IMG/VR virus record: IMGVR_UViG_3300021471_000002 | Coordinates: 1 to 53,282 of that record | Origin: a virus | Lineage: Duplodnaviria; Caudoviricetes | Length of the DNA stretch: 53,282 nucleotides | Reading direction: 5' to 3' (one strand) | Part shown: positions 27,487-35,771 of the stretch, in pieces | Layout: the number at the start of each line of letters is the position of its first letter | How positions within the stretch are numbered: position 1 is the first letter of the stretch | Notes under the pieces: model-generated | Databases searched by the model: none | The model's input: the letters and a program-made list of their open reading frames with translations, nothing else | What the model was told of the DNA's origin: nothing | Translations under genes and position numbers: made by a program

Positions 27487-29384
27487 CTCATCCACTCCTG
27501 CTCAATTGCCGTCACGTTTGACAGCAGTGTGAGCGGGCCGCGACGTGTGCGGATTTGCCACACCCTGTCGGCTACGATGTAGGCGGGCAACACACTGAGA
27601 AGAGCGGAGTTGCGCGCGATCTGGGCGTACGTGCAGGCGCCGGCGCGATGGTTTATGTACAAGTTGTAGTTTACACTACGCCACGTGTCCCTGGCTCCGG
27701 CCGCCAGTGCGCGGCGGACGACGGATGCCGGGGCGAGATCGGCGTCGTCATCGGCGTTGATGTTGGTGATCGCTGCGATCTGACGGAAAATGCTACGTGC
27801 CTCCAGCAACGATGAACGCCGCAGGAATTTGTCGCGGCAGAATTCACGTGAGAAGTCGGCGGTGGCCGCTGCGCGGTACGCAGCGAGGAGGGCAAAAGCA
27901 TCGCTGAGTTTCTCACGTGCCGCCGCGATGAACTCCGCATGTGCTTGATCCGCCTCTTGTTCCATTCCGCGCGGGCGGATGAGCACGTTTTGGACGCTCA
28001 TCAATGCAACTATGATAGCGACGGTGTGCTGGCAATCCAGACGTCTGGCTTCGATGAGCGTGCGGCTGTAGCGCGGGACGACAGGTATTTTCGACATCTG
28101 TCGGCCTATTTCCGTGATCACGCCACGCTCATCGAGTGCTCCGATAGCCGCCAGCTCTTGTTCGGCGTTCAGTATCCTTTCCTTGCCTGGGTGATCCAGG
28201 AAGGGGAGGGCGTTGACGTCGGTGATGCCGGCAGCTTTCAGCAGCAACACGACGTTGCTGAGGTTCATTCGTTTGATCTCCGGTACGCGGTAGCGCGGTA
28301 GCGCCGCGTGATCCTCGGCGCTCCACAGGCGGTAGCACACGCCATCGCCGGTGCGGCCGCAACGCCCGGCGCGCTGTGTCGCCGAGCTTTGGGAGATGGC
28401 ACGCAGCTTCAGCGTGCCGATGCCGTGCTCGTATTCGAAGACGCGCTCCGTGCCGGTGTCGATGACGTACCGGACGGACGGTATTGTGAGCGATGTTTCT
28501 GCTATGTTGGTCGCGACGACGATCTTCCGCCGCGACGGTGGCGCCGGGTTCAGGGCGCGGTCTCTATCATCGTCGCTCACAGCGGAGTGCAATGGCACGA
28601 TTATATCGTCTGGATTGCGGACTCGCAGACAAGTGATGCAATCGGCGATTTCACGTTTGCCTGGTTGGAATACCAGCACATCGCCGGGGGGGAGTTCGTC
28701 GATGATGTCGGCGACGGTCCGACCGGGCGCGTACACAATGTCGACGTGGTGCCGGCGACCGGCAGCGGGGATGGTTTTTGCAATACGCCGGACGAGCTCG
28801 GTGCGAATCGCGCCGGAGACGACTATCTGTTGTGATGAGCCGAGGTAGTCCTGGATCATAGATATATCCAGAGTAGCGCTCATCACGACGACCGGCGTGG
28901 TCGGGTGCTTCAATCTGACGAGTGCCAGGGCGACATCGCCGAAGAGCGAGCGTTCGTGAAACTCGTCAAACACGAACGTGCCGACATCGTCGGTTGCATT
29001 AGCGATCAGCATACGCATGAGCGTGCCATCTGTGACGTACAGTAGACGTGTTTCGTCACAGATGCGCTCATCGAACCGCACAGAATATCCCACCTCCTCG
29101 CCGACGCGCCCGCCGCGCTGTACCGCCACGTACTCGGCGACCGCCCGGGCTGTCAGGCGGCGCGGCTGTGTGACCACGACGCGCTGCTTGCCCGCCAGTC
29201 CCGCGTCCAGGATGGCGGGGGGGATGGTGGTTGTTTTGCCGGTCCCGGTGGGGGCGACGACCACGGCGCTACCGTCGCGCCTCAGGGCCTCGATGGTTGC
29301 CTTGACCATCGAGGCCGGAGCGACGGTGGCGCCGGTGGGGACGGCGACACTATCGACGAGGACGGCGCGAACCAGGCCCTTCAT
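27483..29384 (-). CDS. DEAH/RHA-family helicase (HrpA/HrpB-like) with HA2 domain
   Basis: APTGTGKTT, TQPRR, VGYSVRF, TDG.L, DEFHERS, MSAT, LVFQPG, PLHS, ATNIAETSLTI, QRAGRCGRT, G.CYRLW, LGALD-like...G..M...P..PR; ATGA coupling at 29381-29384 (alternative start 29393). Confidence 0.92.
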   Translation of the reverse strand: MKGLVRAVLVDSVAVPTGATVAPASMVKATIEALRRDGSAVVVAPTGTGKTTTIPPAILDAGLAGKQRVVVTQPRRLTARAVAEYVAVQRGGRVGEEVGYSVRFDERICDETRLLYVTDGTLMRMLIANATDDVGTFVFDEFHERSLFGDVALALVRLKHPTTPVVVMSATLDISMIQDYLGSSQQIVVSGAIRTELVRRIAKTIPAAGRRHHVDIVYAPGRTVADIIDELPPGDVLVFQPGKREIADCITCLRVRNPDDIIVPLHSAVSDDDRDRALNPAPPSRRKIVVATNIAETSLTIPSVRYVIDTGTERVFEYEHGIGTLKLRAISQSSATQRAGRCGRTGDGVCYRLWSAEDHAALPRYRVPEIKRMNLSNVVLLLKAAGITDVNALPFLDHPGKERILNAEQELAAIGALDERGVITEIGRQMSKIPVVPRYSRTLIEARRLDCQHTVAIIVALMSVQNVLIRPRGMEQEADQAHAEFIAAAREKLSDAFALLAAYRAAATADFSREFCRDKFLRRSSLLEARSIFRQIAAITNINADDDADLAPASVVRRALAAGARDTWRSVNYNLYINHRAGACTYAQIARNSALLSVLPAYIVADRVWQIRTRRGPLTLLSNVTAIEQEWMR

Positions 29385-29716
29385 TTCGTCCATTCTCCCG
29401 CGAGGATGAGTCGCGCCAGCTCTTCCTCTTCGGCTCGCACCGCATCGGCCCGTGTGCGGTACGGGCCTAGCAGCCGGCCGTCGCACAGTGCGACGAGCCA
29501 GCGCCCGGGCCAGGTTCGCGTCCAGGCCGCGAGCGGATCGCCGGGGATGGCACGGATGAGGTGGTGTACGAGGCGGGCAGCGGGGTTTGCCGGGATAACG
29601 TGGCCCCCGCGTTGGATGGTCGTCACGTCGCCGATGCGACGCAGATTGTCGGCGTCCAGGTCGGCGTGCGCGACAACGGTGAGATGGTTGCCGTCCGGGG
29701 GGATGATGGCGATCAC
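29381..29716 (-). CDS. Conserved hypothetical protein (RxxHV.P...W...LGP...R..A...E family)
   Basis: IQRGGHVIP...W.V.L..G.LLGPYRTRADAVRAE; resembles the small protein recalled next to DUF2997/DUF1257/AAA clusters. Confidence 0.55.
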   Translation of the reverse strand: MIAIIPPDGNHLTVVAHADLDADNLRRIGDVTTIQRGGHVIPANPAARLVHHLIRAIPGDPLAAWTRTWPGRWLVALCDGRLLGPYRTRADAVRAEEEELARLILAGEWTK

Positions 29717-29717
29717 G

Positions 29718-29912
29718 TTAGCCTCCGACTGTCACGCCCTCTTCGGAGGAGGCGGCGGTGAGGTAGAACTCGGCGGTGTGTTGTTCCTCATCCGCCACGC
29801 CGAGCTCGGCGGCGATGCGCTTCACCGCCTCTACGCAGGATGGACCGGTGTATCCTTCTGCCCGGACGGTCACTTTGCCGTCCGGGGCGATTTCGACAAT
29901 TATCTTCTTCAT
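29718..29912 (-). CDS. DUF2997 family protein
   Basis: MKKIIVEIAPDGKVTVRAEGYTGPSC.......LG......T.EFY; SD GGAGG. Confidence 0.8.
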   Translation of the reverse strand: MKKIIVEIAPDGKVTVRAEGYTGPSCVEAVKRIAAELGVADEEQHTAEFYLTAASSEEGVTVGG

Positions 29913-29913
29913 T

Positions 29914-30270
29914 TTAACCTCCAACGACAACAACTACTGTCCCGTCGGCGCGTTGTTCGCGCCAGCAGGTCTGGCCGGCGCTGACGGCGGTCATCTCGAC
30001 GACCTGGGCAGTGTATTCCTGCACCAGGCGGTTGAGGTCGGCAGTGTCGCCCCACCGCCCGGCGTAGTTGTCGTACACTACCTCGCCATCATCACTGACG
30101 ACGACCGGGAAGCGCCATCCCGGGATCTTGACGGTGTACCCGCACGCCACGCCGGCGGGAAAATGCACAGCGTGGCGCTCGGCGCTGATCTCATACCCCA
30201 GCCGCTCACAGGCAGTGGCCAGAGCAGCCAGGTTGTGGACTTCAACAGATAACTTTACTATGTGGCTCAT
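29914..30270 (-). CDS. DUF1257 / Ycf35-like protein
   Basis: MSHIV.....V.NL.AL..ACERLG...V..PGWRFPVV...G...YDNY.G.WG...L.QEY. Confidence 0.78.
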   Translation of the reverse strand: MSHIVKLSVEVHNLAALATACERLGYEISAERHAVHFPAGVACGYTVKIPGWRFPVVVSDDGEVVYDNYAGRWGDTADLNRLVQEYTAQVVEMTAVSAGQTCWREQRADGTVVVVVGG

Positions 30271-30305
30271 CTTACTTACTCCTTTCTTGCAATTTCCTTA
30301 CAGCC

Positions 30306-30334
30306 AATATACCACACTTGTACTACGCTGTCAA
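30306..30334 (-). promoter_or_regulatory. Sigma70-type promoter for the DUF1257 operon
   Basis: TTGACA-17 bp-TATATT with extended TGn. Confidence 0.7.
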
Positions 30335-31141
30335 GCGCTTTATTGTTCTCATTCGATAATCCGATCCGCGCATGTCAACGAACAGGCGGCCATAGTCTGA
30401 CATTTGCCAGAGCCGGGAGAACGAGGCCGGCCCGATCCAGGACGTCATCTCGGTTGGTTGCTTGTTGGTCGTGACGACGAGCGGACCGTGTACATACCGA
30501 CCGTTGATGATCTGGTACATCTTTTCCTGGTGCCAGGCGGTGTTGGCGACGTGCTCCAGGCCCATTTCATCCATCACCAGCAGGTCGGCGGTGGCGAGGT
30601 CGCGTATGATGCTGTACTCGCTTGCGGCCTCGTCGGCGTAGCTGGCGCGTATGCGGGCCAGGAGATCGGGGACAGAGACGGCCACGATGTGCCACCCGGC
30701 GGCGGTCAGTTCGTTGGCGATGGCGCTGGCGAGGTGGGTCTTGCCGGTGCCGAAATTGCCCCACAGGATCAGGGCGACGGGAATGCCCACCCGCGCCTCG
30801 CGACAGAACGCCTGCGCTGCCCGCAGGCCGCGCTGCTGGTATGGCAGCGTGGTCTCGAATTCAGCGAACGAGGCGCGGGGGTTGAGTGTCGTCCTGGCGA
30901 TGGCATCCTCCCTGGCGGATCGGATAAACTCTTGTTCCATCCTGCGCCGGTGGCACTCAAGGCACGGGACGAACGACTCCGCACCATTCTCTTCCGTGAA
31001 TACCCAGATCGGTTCGCCACACTCCGGGCAGGTGTGCACGGACGGGCGGAATCTCTCACGCCCCGGGACCCGGAGCAGGGGGGCGTTCAACAATTGCCGC
31101 AGCGACTGCGGCTTGTTGTTGTTCGATCTTATTGTGCTCAT
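30323..31141 (-). CDS. DnaC/IstB-like ATPase (helicase loader)
   Basis: CPECG...CLEC zinc motif, ASF.EF, Walker A GNFGTGKT, Walker B LLVMDEMG, IINGRY, TTN, SRL, G.DYR. Confidence 0.9.
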   Translation of the reverse strand: MSTIRSNNNKPQSLRQLLNAPLLRVPGRERFRPSVHTCPECGEPIWVFTEENGAESFVPCLECHRRRMEQEFIRSAREDAIARTTLNPRASFAEFETTLPYQQRGLRAAQAFCREARVGIPVALILWGNFGTGKTHLASAIANELTAAGWHIVAVSVPDLLARIRASYADEAASEYSIIRDLATADLLVMDEMGLEHVANTAWHQEKMYQIINGRYVHGPLVVTTNKQPTEMTSWIGPASFSRLWQMSDYGRLFVDMRGSDYRMRTIKRLTA

Positions 31142-31970
31142 TGTGTGTTTTCTCCTCGCGTTGTTTCCTCAGCCAGACCCGGGCCCGGGCCCAGTTACGC
31201 GGGATGTCCCACGGGTCCGGGGGTTGGCCGCGGCGACCGCGCCAATCGGCGGCATACCAATAGCGGGCAAACTGAGGAATGTGGGCCGGGGTTTTGCCGG
31301 CGTCAAGCAGCTGTTTCGTGACGCGATTGAGTTTTCCTCTATCGGTCTGTGTGATCAGTGTCAGATCAATTTGACACAGTTTTGCGATGGCGGCAAACAT
31401 TTCACGCCGCGTGCTTTCATCATCGCCGGGGGTTGAAACAGTACTCTCTGTAGAAGTACTCTCTGTAGAAGTACTCTCTGATATAGAATGCAGGTTTTCT
31501 GCATTCTGACCGGCATCAGATTGCAGGTTTTCCGCATTCTGACCGGCATCAGATTGCAGGTTTTCCGCATTCTGACCGGCGTCAGATTGCGGGTTTTCCG
31601 CATTCTGAGGTGTGTTCTGGGGATGGTCGTTCCGAGAATAGTACGAATCTATGAGTGCTACCAGGTTCTCGGTGTTCACGCGGTAGTGCAATTTTCCGCG
31701 TGGTCCGGTACGCATTTCGTCCAGCACACCGAGCTGCCGGAGCTTCCTACGGGCACTCTCTTGCTCCGTTCGAGTGAGTGCCGTTTCTGACTCGATCTCG
31801 GACTGGGTTTTCCAGATGTACCCGTCCGAGCGGTTGCCTTTTCCTGTCCAGTACAGTAGCTGGCACAGGAATACAGCCGCCTTGACACCGCCGACGATAC
31901 GGGCGATGTCGGGGTGGTAGGCCACCGGCCTGTCGGAGAGTAGACTCAGTAGTGCCCGTCCGTCGCTCAT
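31056..31970 (-). CDS. Replication initiator (lambda O/DnaD-like) containing tandem repeats
   Basis: RPVAYHP..ARIVGGVKAAVFLCQLLYW...WKT..E...ET.L...EQ..AR..L HTH; upstream of the DnaC-like gene; SD AGGAGG before ATG 31970. Confidence 0.82.
   Translation of the reverse strand: MSDGRALLSLLSDRPVAYHPDIARIVGGVKAAVFLCQLLYWTGKGNRSDGYIWKTQSEIESETALTRTEQESARRKLRQLGVLDEMRTGPRGKLHYRVNTENLVALIDSYYSRNDHPQNTPQNAENPQSDAGQNAENLQSDAGQNAENLQSDAGQNAENLHSISESTSTESTSTESTVSTPGDDESTRREMFAAIAKLCQIDLTLITQTDRGKLNRVTKQLLDAGKTPAHIPQFARYWYAADWRGRRGQPPDPWDIPRNWARARVWLRKQREEKTHNEHNKIEQQQAAVAAAIVERPPAPGPGA
31441..31608. repeat. Iteron-like arrays (putative ori): about 2.7 x 15 bp and 3.6 x 33 bp
   Basis: gtactctctgtagaa at 31441/31456/31471; tgcaggttttccgcattctgaccggcatcagat at 31489/31522/31555/31588. 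Confidence 0.75.
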
Positions 31971-31989
31971 CAACAAACCTCCTGAAAAC

Positions 31990-32112
31990 AAAAGTGCCCG
32001 ACTCTCTGAGCGAGGGCGTGACGGTGGCCTACCCCAAGAAAGGCCTTTGCCCACGCCCAGAGAGTCGGGCGCTTTTTTACCTTTTTCACCTTGGGGTTCG
32101 TCGGCCCGTCAC
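31990..32112 (-). ncRNA. Structured leader RNA, C4/CI-antisense-like
   Basis: 19-bp stem 31990-32008/32058-32076 with inner stems; bulge and loop are complementary to 32090-32112 and 31916-31927. Confidence 0.55.
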
Positions 32113-32126
32113 AGCCTGATGCTGTC

Positions 32127-32156
32127 ATTATATCACATTCCACCTTCAATTGTCAA
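32127..32156 (-). promoter_or_regulatory. Sigma70-type promoter for the replication genes
   Basis: TTGACA-18 bp-TATAAT with extended TGn. Confidence 0.75.
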
Positions 32157-32363
32157 CCCCGGTCCCGGTGGTGGCTCCGGTGGCGGTGGCGCGTACATGG
32201 AGCATTGGCCCTGGCGGGGTTCCTGGAGCTCGGGCAGTAATTCGCCCGTGATTGCGCAGATGATGTAGCCCTCGCCCGGCGGTTCGCCTGGCTCCCCCGC
32301 GTCCCGGCAGGCCGGGACGCGGTGGGCAAACGCGCAGTCAGCGCATGCGGGGATCTTTATCAT
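32133..32363 (-). CDS. Small Cys/Pro-rich hypothetical protein
   Basis: ATGA coupling to the AAA stop; CADC...C...C. Confidence 0.45.
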   Translation of the reverse strand: MIKIPACADCAFAHRVPACRDAGEPGEPPGEGYIICAITGELLPELQEPRQGQCSMYAPPPPEPPPGPGLTIEGGM

Positions 32364-33802
32364 CTGATTACCCTCCTGACCATTCTTCCGCCCTGGGCCT
32401 CCTCGGCCTGTTGGGCGGACTGCTGTTGTGACGCCGGCACGCACCGGCCGGCGGCCCAGTCGCGCAGGGCGTCGATTTGCTCGCGCATCGTGCGCGTGAG
32501 CGGTACGACGAACTGCGCCGCCTCTGCCGCCGTGGTGTTGTGTATGGCGGCGAGGCGGTAGGCGGTTGCTATCTCGGCGCCCGTCCAGCCGCGCTCATCC
32601 GGGCGCGGCTCGAGGGGGACGTCAAACACGCGGGCGTAAAGTGCTGCGATCTCCGCCCGCTCATCCACGCCGGGAACATCGAAGAAGAACAGGGCGTCCC
32701 ATCGCTCGGCGCGGGTGAACTCGGGGGGCAGCTTGGTTATGTCATTGCAGGTTGCTATGACATAAATGCCGCTGCCGGCCGGTCGGTCGTTCAACCAGGT
32801 GAGGAAGGCCTCACCGACGCGGGCGGCGGTGCCACCGTCGGAGCGGTGGCTGGACTGCACGCCGGACAATCCTTTCTCGATTTCGTCGATGATAAGGATG
32901 GCCGGCGCCATCGCCTCGACTGTTCTCAGAGCAGCGTGCATTTTCTGCTCACTCTCTCCGACGAGTGAGCCGAACACGCGGGAGAACTCCAGCTTGATCG
33001 CCGGGACGCCGACCTCGTTTCCGAGCGCCTGTGCGACCATCGTTTTCCCCACCCCTGGGACGCCGAGGAGTAATGCTCCTCGGGCGAGCTCGTGGCCACA
33101 CGTGGCACGCAGGAATTTCTTGACGTTATCGAGGCCGCCGATGTCATCGAACGTCCAGGACGTCCTGCTCCACTCCAGGACGGAGCTTTTGCGCAGCAGG
33201 CGTTCCTTCTGCGCTGCGATCTCGTCGGCGACTATCTCGCCGTGCCGGCTGATCGAGAGCGCGATACTGTTCACGAACTCGTATGCGCTCAGTCCGCGGC
33301 CGATGCGGCCCAGGGCAGCCGCCTCATCCTCGGTGATGGGGACGCCGTTGGCGACGGCGTTGGCGGCCGCGATGTCGGCCAGTTCCTCGGCGGTCGGGAG
33401 GTCGTGGTCAATGACCACTACGTATCGCTCGATCTCCGCCGGTACGGTCACGCCCGGTGGGGCGATGATGACCAGGCGGAGCATCGCCGAACTCCAGTTC
33501 GCCGCACCGTCGAGCAGGTGCTGAATGACGGACGGCGATTTGAGGTACAGGTGATAGTGTACAGCGATTAGCACGGTCGGCGGATCGGCTTCATTCAGCG
33601 CCCGGCCAACGGCGGTGGGATCGCCGTTGGCCTGTCCGCTTTCTCCGCGCTGCCAGGCCTCGAACGTGCGGATGCCGGCCACGCTGTCCCAGACCAGGAC
33701 GGTGGCCTCCCCCGCCCATTGGACCGCGACGTCGTTGACGGCGCGGAGCGGCTCGTGGGTAGCGACTACGACGATGGGAAAGGCGCGGATTTCATCTTTC
33801 AT
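32360..33802 (-). CDS. AAA+ ATPase, Ycf46-like
   Basis: Degenerate N-terminal AAA half; DIGGL, GVPGVGKT, SLVGESE, IDEIEKG, ATCN, LPPEF.RAERWD.LFF, PL.RTM.EQIDALRDWA...AS; start MKDEIRAF at 33802. Confidence 0.88.
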   Translation of the reverse strand: MKDEIRAFPIVVVATHEPLRAVNDVAVQWAGEATVLVWDSVAGIRTFEAWQRGESGQANGDPTAVGRALNEADPPTVLIAVHYHLYLKSPSVIQHLLDGAANWSSAMLRLVIIAPPGVTVPAEIERYVVVIDHDLPTAEELADIAAANAVANGVPITEDEAAALGRIGRGLSAYEFVNSIALSISRHGEIVADEIAAQKERLLRKSSVLEWSRTSWTFDDIGGLDNVKKFLRATCGHELARGALLLGVPGVGKTMVAQALGNEVGVPAIKLEFSRVFGSLVGESEQKMHAALRTVEAMAPAILIIDEIEKGLSGVQSSHRSDGGTAARVGEAFLTWLNDRPAGSGIYVIATCNDITKLPPEFTRAERWDALFFFDVPGVDERAEIAALYARVFDVPLEPRPDERGWTGAEIATAYRLAAIHNTTAAEAAQFVVPLTRTMREQIDALRDWAAGRCVPASQQQSAQQAEEAQGGRMVRRVIR

Positions 33803-33803
33803 C

Positions 33804-34295
33804 TTATGACTCCTCGATGGTGTACACCAGGTAGGTGTACCACCCGCCACCGTCCTCTGTGTGCGAGGAGACGATGATTGGATCGTCCTCGGTCGGCAGG
33901 CCCGGCTCGTCCGGCTTCTTGTAGCCGGCCGGGCATTCATCGAGCGGGAGCAGGTCATCATACACGCGCTCGATGACGACGGCGCGGCGGCGGAGGCGCG
34001 GGTTGCGGATGGATTCTACGGGGCGGATTACGAGCTGGTAATGCTCGAAGTCCACACCATCCTCGGCGTCCATGTGTCCTGTGTGGCGCCGGAAGTGCGC
34101 TACACAGGGGGTAGTGATGATGTCATAGAATCCGAATCCGGTGGGGATACGAATGGCGAACGGGAGGCGGTAGGCGCTGTTGCTGGCGAGATGTACCGCG
34201 TCCATACGACCGCCATAGTTGGCGCGGTGCTCGATCTCCGCGCAGTTTTCAAGATACAGGTTTGTGATTTCAAAGTATACGGACATTTTACTCAA
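33804..34295 (-). CDS. Hypothetical protein
   Basis: Coupled ORF with AAGGAG. Confidence 0.55.
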   Translation of the reverse strand: MSKMSVYFEITNLYLENCAEIEHRANYGGRMDAVHLASNSAYRLPFAIRIPTGFGFYDIITTPCVAHFRRHTGHMDAEDGVDFEHYQLVIRPVESIRNPRLRRRAVVIERVYDDLLPLDECPAGYKKPDEPGLPTEDDPIIVSSHTEDGGGWYTYLVYTIEES

Positions 34296-34818
34296 CTCCT
34301 TGTTTAATGTGATTGGCCCGGCAGTACTGTGCCAGGCGGTTTCTTATGCGCGTGCGGTACACGCGCACCGTGTTCACGTTCATTCCGAGCACGTCAGCGA
34401 TGACGGCGTTGTCTCTGACACCCTCGAGGACGAGCAACAAAATGCGCGCCTCGGTCTGCGCGATTTTGTGTCCCCGCTCGCCACCGCGGCGGCCGGCGAG
34501 TAGGATGTCAACTATCTCGCTCTCGGTGAGTGAGATAGTTGTGCTATCATCATCATCATCATCATCGTCGTGGATCAGATTTTCGAGGTAGTCATACTGG
34601 ATCGTGGACGAGGGATTTTTTCCGAAAATGCTGCGAGAGATGTATTTGCAGCATTCGCGGACTGCGGCGCCGAACGCGTAACCCGGATCGCGGTCCCGCA
34701 GGCGCCACAGGGTAACATCCGCGACCTGCTCCAGGTCCTCGATGTCCTGAGGGGACAGGTCGGGATGGTTCATTTTGGCTATGGCTCGCCAGGCTGCGGC
34801 TCGTGCTCTCATCGTCAT
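34288..34818 (-). CDS. ECF sigma factor-like / LuxR-type HTH protein
   Basis: Region-2-like DIEDLEQVA...LW and region-4 HTH IADVLGMNVNTVRVYRTRIRNRL; ATGA coupling at 34815-34818. Confidence 0.65.
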   Translation of the reverse strand: MTMRARAAAWRAIAKMNHPDLSPQDIEDLEQVADVTLWRLRDRDPGYAFGAAVRECCKYISRSIFGKNPSSTIQYDYLENLIHDDDDDDDDSTTISLTESEIVDILLAGRRGGERGHKIAQTEARILLLVLEGVRDNAVIADVLGMNVNTVRVYRTRIRNRLAQYCRANHIKQGVE

Positions 34819-35291
34819 TTGACACCTCGGAACTCGTCCGCCCACTGGAACCGGCATCCCGCCGCTTCTGCGGCTTGCCGGTCGGACTCGGAGTCTCCGA
34901 CAAACACTGTGTCTACGGGCGAGACTCCAAACTCCCGCATCCACTCCAAGAGCATCCCCGGGTTTGGCTTCTTGCGCGGTGAACGTGCCACCGCAAACTT
35001 GTAGCCGTCCAGAGACAGGCGGTGGCACAGCCACCGCATATGCGCGTGAACCTGCCCCAACGTAATCCTACCGCCGGGGCGGTTGAACCGTGCTCCGCCT
35101 TGGTTGGAGGCCAGGACAATGTGCTGTGTCCCGGCCTCCCGTGCCGTCCGAATCGCATCCTCGACGCCGGGGAGCAATTGGCGCTCAAAAGCACCAGTGC
35201 TCCCCTGACGGAACGGGGTCAGCGTTCCGTCGGCGTCGAGGATGAGAAGTTTAACCGGCGAAATGTCGGCCCCATCTACTTTTTCAGCCAT
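34815..35291 (-). CDS. HAD-IIIA phosphatase (GmhB/histidinol-phosphatase/PNKP-like)
   Basis: LDADGTL, LLPGV, SNQGG, RKKPNPGML, FVGDSESD..AAEAAG. Confidence 0.88.
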   Translation of the reverse strand: MAEKVDGADISPVKLLILDADGTLTPFRQGSTGAFERQLLPGVEDAIRTAREAGTQHIVLASNQGGARFNRPGGRITLGQVHAHMRWLCHRLSLDGYKFAVARSPRKKPNPGMLLEWMREFGVSPVDTVFVGDSESDRQAAEAAGCRFQWADEFRGVK

Positions 35292-35380
35292 CGTTTCTCT
35301 CCTTTTCTTTTTTTGCCCCGGTCGGGCGGCGAAAGCAGGCGCTCGACCGGGGGCGGTGGTCTGTTTTTTTTCTGACGTAT

Positions 35381-35692
35381 TTATTCCAGCATCCCGTAGA
35401 AGCCCCAGTCAACCTCAACGAGGCGACCGGGTTCGTGGATCACCCGCGACCGGCGCAACGGCACGTGTCGTCGCGGCCAGGACCGGCCAGGGTACACCGG
35501 CGTGACACCAAAGATGGCAATGCGCCAGTCGCCGGATTCCAGCGCGCGGGCGAGCCGACGCAGGTACCAGTCCTCGTCGGCGTCGGTGCTCACTGACGAG
35601 TATATGTCAGCGAGCATGGCAATAATCTCGTGCTCTAAGTCATCTGCGTTTATGTTGTTGAAATATTCCGGTATTTCTATGATTGTCTTCAC
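35381..35692 (-). CDS. Hypothetical acidic protein (cassette island 1)
   Basis: GTG start right after the 71-bp repeat. Confidence 0.6.
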   Translation of the reverse strand: MKTIIEIPEYFNNINADDLEHEIIAMLADIYSSVSTDADEDWYLRRLARALESGDWRIAIFGVTPVYPGRSWPRRHVPLRRSRVIHEPGRLVEVDWGFYGMLE

Positions 35693-35700
35693 CTTTCGTA

Positions 35701-35771
35701 TCCTCCGGTCGGCCTGTTCCCTCCGCCCTCTCGCGGGGCGGCTCTCCCTAAGTACCCTCGAGCGGGTCGAA
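35701..35771. repeat. About 71-bp intergenic direct repeat, copy A (copy B 36155-36226)
   Basis: tcctccggtcggcctgttccctccgccctctcgcggggcggctctccct(c)aagtaccctcgagcgggtcgaa. Confidence 0.9.

Noticed and set aside
30323-31141. IS21 element (IstB)
   Set aside because: No IstA transposase or terminal inverted repeats; the position after an initiator fits a DnaC-like loader.
30404-31436. Long + strand ORFs opposite the replication genes, and similar shadow ORFs elsewhere (e.g. 36380-37453, 43197-44168, 45039-45857)
   Set aside because: Antisense shadows of well-supported genes in high-GC DNA, with no SD or motifs.
31489-31608. 33-bp palindromic repeats as a CRISPR array
   Set aside because: Units are contiguous with no spacers and are in frame within the initiator; no cas genes.
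34546-34570. (TCA)n trinucleotide run
   Set aside because: Encodes an in-frame poly-Asp linker in the sigma-like protein.
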